NCBI GenBank assembly: GCA_028707125.1
Contig: JAQTUX010000001.1
Coordinates: 1,066,438 to 1,130,437, forward strand
Reading direction: 5' to 3'
Origin: Candidatus Omnitrophota bacterium
GTDB lineage: Bacteria > Omnitrophota > Gorgyraeia > Gygaellales > JAQTUX01
DNA: 64,000 bases
In this document: positions 59,548-64,000 of the stretch, in pieces
Layout of the letters: each line of letters begins with the position of its first letter
Position numbering within the stretch: position 1 is the stretch's first letter
Position numbers and translations under genes: made by a program
The notes under the pieces: generated by a model
Seen by the model: only the letters and a program-made list of their open reading frames with translations
Told to the model about the DNA's origin: nothing
Databases searched by the model: none

Positions 59548-61044
59548 TCATGACTTAAGCAACCTGTAAATTTCCTTCATATCAATATTTTTCCTGACCA
59601 GCCGCGCCAGCTTATCTAAGTTGCCGTTGAGAGACGATCCGCTATTCCCCGCTTTATAGCCCAGGCCTTTGGCAGCGCACAGGCGCGTAATGAAATCCTT
59701 ACGGAATGGATCATTATCAAAGACGCCGTGGATGTATGTGCCCCATACCCTGCCCGTATCATTTGAGGCGCCGTCGCCTATATCTGCCTTCTTGTTATTT
59801 CGCCGCGTGATTTTAAATAACGGCCTTGAGCCGTTTAACAGGCGCGACTGTCCGTGGTGGATTTCGTATCCCTGAAGCATCAGGCCTGACGCCATATGCC
59901 TTGCCTTAACCTGGAATGTGGCCTTCTTTCCGCTGAAGGCAGTCATTACTTCCAACAGGCTAAAGCCCTTGACGCCTCCTGACTTTGATTCTATCCTGCC
60001 GTTATCTGTGATACTCCTGCCCAACATCTGATATCCGCCGCAGATGCCGATCACTTCACATCCCTTCTTCAGTAAATGATCCAGCTTCTTTGCCAGGCCT
60101 GCCTTGCGCAGCGCCGCGAGGTCTGAAATAGTATTTTTGCTGCCGGGGATTATCAAAACATCCGGCTCCGCGATCTCGTTTATGTCCCTGATGTAATTCA
60201 GGTTAACCACCGGCTCTTTTTCCAACGCGTCAAAATCGGTAAAATTAGAGATATGCGGAAGATAAAGCACATCTATGTTGATCTTATCACGTTCATATCC
60301 GCGCTGCCCCAACCTTTCAAGCGAAACAGAGTCCTCCTCGGGCAGGCGTATGGTATCAGGGCCGAAGAACGGCACCACACCTAAGACCTTTTTCCCTGTC
60401 TTTTTTTCAAGGAAACTCAAGCCCCCTTTGAGCAGCCGCTTATCGCCCCTGAACTTATTTATTATGAACCCGGCTACCTGCCTTCTCTCATCAGGCGTGA
60501 GCAGCTCCATTGTCCCGACTAGAGACGCGAATACGCCGCCTTTGTCAATATCGGCGACTATTATGACCGGGGCATTGGCGAACTTTGCCATGCGGGTATT
60601 GACGATGTCGTGCCGCTTCAGATTTATCTCCGCGATACTGCCCGCTCCCTCTATCACGACAACATTAAACTCAGCCGATAATCTCCTGAAAGAATCCTCA
60701 ACCGTTTTCCTCAGCCCGGCCTTTGCCTTCGTGTAGCGCAACGCGGACATATTTCCTAACGGCCTGCCTCTTACTATTACCTGCGCGCCGGTATCGCGCG
60801 TCGGTTTTAATAATATGGGGTTCATATCTACTGTGGGGTTTATCCTGGCCGCCTCTGCCTGCATTGCCTGCGCCCTGCCTATTTCACCGCCGTCTCGCGT
60901 AACGCAAGAATTAAGCGCCATATTCTGCGCCTTGAACGGCGCCACCTCATAGCCGTCCTGCCGAAAAATCCTGCAAAGCGCGGCAACCAGTACGCTTTTA
61001 CCTACTCCAGAACCTGTGCCGCAGATCTGTATCGCTTTAGACAT
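59548..61044 (-). CDS. cobQ: Cobyric acid synthase
   Basis: 498 aa with an N-terminal P-loop GTGSGVGKS and a C-terminal glutamine amidotransferase domain (GICGGYQMLG). Confidence 0.85.
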   Translation of the reverse strand: MSKAIQICGTGSGVGKSVLVAALCRIFRQDGYEVAPFKAQNMALNSCVTRDGGEIGRAQAMQAEAARINPTVDMNPILLKPTRDTGAQVIVRGRPLGNMSALRYTKAKAGLRKTVEDSFRRLSAEFNVVVIEGAGSIAEINLKRHDIVNTRMAKFANAPVIIVADIDKGGVFASLVGTMELLTPDERRQVAGFIINKFRGDKRLLKGGLSFLEKKTGKKVLGVVPFFGPDTIRLPEEDSVSLERLGQRGYERDKINIDVLYLPHISNFTDFDALEKEPVVNLNYIRDINEIAEPDVLIIPGSKNTISDLAALRKAGLAKKLDHLLKKGCEVIGICGGYQMLGRSITDNGRIESKSGGVKGFSLLEVMTAFSGKKATFQVKARHMASGLMLQGYEIHHGQSRLLNGSRPLFKITRRNNKKADIGDGASNDTGRVWGTYIHGVFDNDPFRKDFITRLCAAKGLGYKAGNSGSSLNGNLDKLARLVRKNIDMKEIYRLLKS

Positions 61045-61948
61045 TTAATAATACTCCCGAAACCAAAGTGATCATCGCGCAAGCATAACTTAATTTTATG
61101 CTTTCTGATATATGGATAATATCCGGGGCGCTGTTGCCTTTGCCGAAAACCGGCTTTTCTATCGCCTGTCCCTGGTAGTGATTTACCCCGCCTATTTCAA
61201 TGCCTAACGCCCCGGCAAACCCTGCCTGAATTATTGAAGTATCCAGCCGCCGGCTTGGCCTGAATGCCTCACGCCAGTTCTTCCTCAGGATAAATGCTGC
61301 GATAGCAACAACGGCCGAAGACAACATAGAAGGAATGATATTAAGGAAATGATCCATCCGCGCGCTTGCCCAGCCAAAATCCCTGTATTTCTCATTCCTG
61401 TATCCTACCATTGAGTCAAGCGTGTTTATTGCCTTATACATCCAGGCAAGCGGTATGCCGCCTAAAAAGGCAAAGAATATAGGAGCGATTATGCCGTCAA
61501 CCGTGCTTTCCGCGGTCGTCTCAACGGCTGCCCGCGCGATATCGCCTTTATCCAGATCGCCGGTATCCCTGCCGACAACCTTGGAGAGCTCCTTCCGCGC
61601 CAGTTCAATATCGCTGTTTTTAAGCGCTCTGCTTACGGATTCAACGTGCGCCTTCAGGTCTTTGATGCTGATCACAAAGTAGAACAGCAGCGCGGCAACA
61701 GCCGTGCCTAAGGCCGCGTTCATCGCAAAAAGCAGCTTCAGGGCCAACCATGCCAGCCCCGGCCAGAATACGGCGATAGTTAAAGCGAATATTATCCCGT
61801 TGATCCTGTCGTTATGGCTCAACTTCCTGAAATACTTCTCTGAGGCGCCTATCTGCCTGCCCAATAAACGCACAGGATGCCATTTAAGCCATTGCGGGTC
61901 GCCCAGCCACAAGTCCAGGAGAAAACCTATCACGATCGCTATTGTCAT
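61037..61948 (-). CDS. cbiB: Adenosylcobinamide-phosphate synthase
   Basis: 303 aa polytopic protein with CbiB/CobD family conservation. Confidence 0.8.
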   Translation of the reverse strand: MTIAIVIGFLLDLWLGDPQWLKWHPVRLLGRQIGASEKYFRKLSHNDRINGIIFALTIAVFWPGLAWLALKLLFAMNAALGTAVAALLFYFVISIKDLKAHVESVSRALKNSDIELARKELSKVVGRDTGDLDKGDIARAAVETTAESTVDGIIAPIFFAFLGGIPLAWMYKAINTLDSMVGYRNEKYRDFGWASARMDHFLNIIPSMLSSAVVAIAAFILRKNWREAFRPSRRLDTSIIQAGFAGALGIEIGGVNHYQGQAIEKPVFGKGNSAPDIIHISESIKLSYACAMITLVSGVLLNV

Positions 61949-62997
61949 ATTAATATCTTTTTTAGCTCATTGACCAAACGCAGATTCTCTTTTCTCGTCC
62001 TGACCGCCACTCTGAAATACTTACTCCCCAGCCCGCGGAAAGTAGAGCAATCGCGTATGAGTATCCCCTTCCTGCCCAATAAATCAGCCAGCCGGCTTGA
62101 ATTAACGCTGCTTTTACAAAAAATAAAATTGGCGGTTGGAACTGACGGCTTGACCCCATCTATCAGGCAGAGCTGCCTGTATAGATACTCCCGTTCCCTG
62201 AACATAAATTCCCTGCTTTTTTCAATAAACCTTCTGTCTTTCAGCAATGCCTCTGAAATGAGCTGCGCGGGATAATTGACCATCCAGGGATAACGGAATT
62301 TATTCAATTTTGACAGCGTCCTGTTATGCGCCGCCACATACCCCGCTCTCAAGCCGGCAAGCGCGAAGAATTTGGTAAGCGATCCGAGGATAATTATCCT
62401 GCTGTTCTTGAGCGCCTGCCTTATCAAGGTATACCTGTCTTTGTCCTTTACGAAATCCATAAACACTTCGTCAATTAGAAAATAAGCCGATGGTAATCTT
62501 TTAATAAAACTTATTAGATCTCCCGCCTCAAACAGGTCTGCCGTAGGGTTGTTTGGGTTGCAGATAAATACAATATCAGGCCTTCGACCGCGCTCAGGGT
62601 TGAAATCACCGATTTCGCGACGATAGATCTTTGAACCGACCGCGTTAAGCGCCCTTTCGTATTCGGAAAACGCTGGCGTAAAGATAAGCGCGCCGCGGGG
62701 GCGTAAAGCTGACACGACAAGATAAATGAGTTCAATTGAGCCGCAACCCGGCATTATATTATGCCGATCGACGCCTAGATATCCGGCAATGGCCTTTGTC
62801 AGGCCCGCGGCATCTGGCTGAGGATAACGGCGTATCTTGGTGAAATTGTCACGGATCAATTTCCGTATCGCGGGCGGATGACGCAGGGGATTTATGCTCG
62901 CGCTGAAATCCACTATTTTATCTTCAGGTATGCCGTACTGCCCTGATGCCGCCTTTATATCTCCACCGTGGTATGCCGCCTGCCTGCTCTCTTTCAT
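61945..62997 (-). CDS. cobD: L-threonine-O-3-phosphate decarboxylase (class I/II aminotransferase fold)
   Basis: PLP-lysine motif GSLTKFFALAGLRAGY; 350 aa; sits in a cobalamin operon. Confidence 0.7.
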   Translation of the reverse strand: MKESRQAAYHGGDIKAASGQYGIPEDKIVDFSASINPLRHPPAIRKLIRDNFTKIRRYPQPDAAGLTKAIAGYLGVDRHNIMPGCGSIELIYLVVSALRPRGALIFTPAFSEYERALNAVGSKIYRREIGDFNPERGRRPDIVFICNPNNPTADLFEAGDLISFIKRLPSAYFLIDEVFMDFVKDKDRYTLIRQALKNSRIIILGSLTKFFALAGLRAGYVAAHNRTLSKLNKFRYPWMVNYPAQLISEALLKDRRFIEKSREFMFREREYLYRQLCLIDGVKPSVPTANFIFCKSSVNSSRLADLLGRKGILIRDCSTFRGLGSKYFRVAVRTRKENLRLVNELKKILI

Positions 62998-63743
62998 ATG
63001 GCAAGAATGATCAGTGTGACTGCTTCCGTAAACTCAATTATAGCTCCGAGGTTATCGCCTGTTATGCCGCCGAATGTCCGGCTTAACACAAAAGAAAACA
63101 ACGCGGCTAATACGCATATGACCGGAAAAAATAATACTCCTTTGGCGCCAAGCGCGATGCCGGCTATGACTAAAGCGGTGATAGCGGCGATAACAACGGT
63201 TTTAGGGCGGATATTGTCAAAAAATGCTTTTGCCTTACCGGACTCCCTTGGATAACTGAATAAAAAAATTGGCAGCGTTACGCTGAATCTTCCCAGAACA
63301 GGAGCAACTATTAATGCGCCTGTCCTCATGCTGCCCAGGGAATGAAGGGCGAAAACCTTAAACAGAATAAGGAATACTACCGCGGCCATACCGAACGCCC
63401 CTATCCTGCTGTCCCTCATGATCTCAAGCATTGCTTGTCTGGGCTTTCCGCTGCCTAACGCGTCAAAGGTATCTGCCGTCCCGTCAAGATGCATCCCGCC
63501 TGTAATGAGCAGCCATAATCCGGCTAATATAACGCTAAGAAGCAAAGGCGGCAGTATGCCTGAAAGCAAGGCACTTACTCCGGCCAACAGCAGGCCAATA
63601 AACAATCCCACAACCGGAAAATAGATCAGGGACGCGGCAATGCCGCGGTCCTTCAACTCCCCCCGTATTCTGACCGGCAGTATCGTAAGGAATTGCAGCG
63701 CGATAAGCAGTCCTTTCATATTATTTATCTCTCTCGGATACAT
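62994..63743 (-). CDS. cobS: Adenosylcobinamide-GDP ribazoletransferase (cobalamin synthase)
   Basis: 249 aa polytopic; CobS family. Confidence 0.8.
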   Translation of the reverse strand: MYPREINNMKGLLIALQFLTILPVRIRGELKDRGIAASLIYFPVVGLFIGLLLAGVSALLSGILPPLLLSVILAGLWLLITGGMHLDGTADTFDALGSGKPRQAMLEIMRDSRIGAFGMAAVVFLILFKVFALHSLGSMRTGALIVAPVLGRFSVTLPIFLFSYPRESGKAKAFFDNIRPKTVVIAAITALVIAGIALGAKGVLFFPVICVLAALFSFVLSRTFGGITGDNLGAIIEFTEAVTLIILAI

Positions 63744-64000
63744 TGGCGTCTTTAAATGTCGCCATTTCCCTGAGGATCTTCACCGCTGCCTCGCATAAAC
63801 CGATGCCCAAAGCGGCGCCCGTGCCTTCGCCTAACCTCAAATCCAGATCAAACAATGGCTTAAGCCCGATGTGGTCAAGGGCGATCCTGTGTCCCGGCTC
63901 AACAGAACAGTGCCCCGCGATCATATATTGTTTTGACTTAGGATTTATGGTATAGGCGATCAACGCGCTCGCGCCGCAATTAAAGCCGTCGATCACAACC
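63721..64000 (-). CDS. cobT: Nicotinate-nucleotide--dimethylbenzimidazole phosphoribosyltransferase, C-terminal part (3' portion only; N-terminus beyond window)
   Basis: [27 protein letters not shown] is the conserved CobT C-terminus. The ORF runs off the window end. Confidence 0.7.
   Translation of the reverse strand, partial: VVIDGFNCGASALIAYTINPKSKQYMIAGHCSVEPGHRIALDHIGLKPLFDLDLRLGEGTGAALGIGLCEAAVKILREMATFKDANVSERDK

Overview
This 64-kb window of bacterial chromosome is gene-dense, mostly minus-strand and about 45-55% GC. The gene content (PflX-like radical SAM, radical SAM/SPASM enzyme, a 6-phosphofructokinase, cobalamin salvage and late biosynthesis genes) hints at an anaerobic bacterium; this is inference.

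Contents in order:
- (i) A glycogen-related + strand cluster (1-6 kb): a partial outer-membrane beta-barrel gene, a ParA/MinD-type ATPase carrying a C-terminal CBM48 glycogen-binding domain, a lysine-rich histone-like protein and a GT35 alpha-glucan phosphorylase.
- (ii) An ArfB-like GGQ release-factor domain protein, then a DUF134 regulator flanked by an inverted-repeat array in an AT-rich spacer.
- (iii) A c-di-GMP-flavoured signalling block (6.4-17.6 kb): a PAS histidine kinase fused to PilZ, uppP, a PflX-like radical SAM, an M48 protease, DUF4416, two stand-alone PilZ proteins, and a 7TM-GAF histidine kinase with a response regulator.
- (iv) A small acyl-carrier cluster: a CrtI-like FAD oxidoreductase, an ACP-FabZ fusion and a second ACP.
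- (v) An AT-rich island of about 11 kb (20.2-31.6 kb). It is a translationally coupled Type I restriction-modification operon, hsdM - HEPN-like ORF - hsdS - unknown 318-aa ORF - AIPR abortive-infection gene - hsdR. A signal-peptide PLD nuclease fused to a winged helix sits at its edge, and a 43-nt direct duplication of the hsdS 3' end brackets the unknown ORF.
- (vi) ExeA/GspB-like genes, aroB, an S2P protease, a SPOR protein, HD-GYP, dGTPase, HIT, a metallophosphoesterase, an ATPase, LysM-M23, and tRNA-Gly(CCC).
- (vii) A long minus-strand housekeeping array: thiC-thiE-rfaE2-gmhA-pfkA-Asp23x2-accC-accB-efp-pepP-aroQ, Trm112-like, Memo-like and rpsU.
- (viii) tonB, a TonB-dependent receptor preceded by a cobalamin-riboswitch-like leader, and a cobalamin salvage/late-biosynthesis operon (cobO, btuFCD-like transporter, cobQ, cbiB, Thr-P decarboxylase, cobS, partial cobT). 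Inside that operon are a Dph6-like PP-loop ATPase, a radical SAM/SPASM enzyme and a strongly RBS-preceded 46-aa Cys-containing mini-ORF, which together look like a RiPP-type precursor/maturase module.

No CRISPR array, integrase or transposase was seen.
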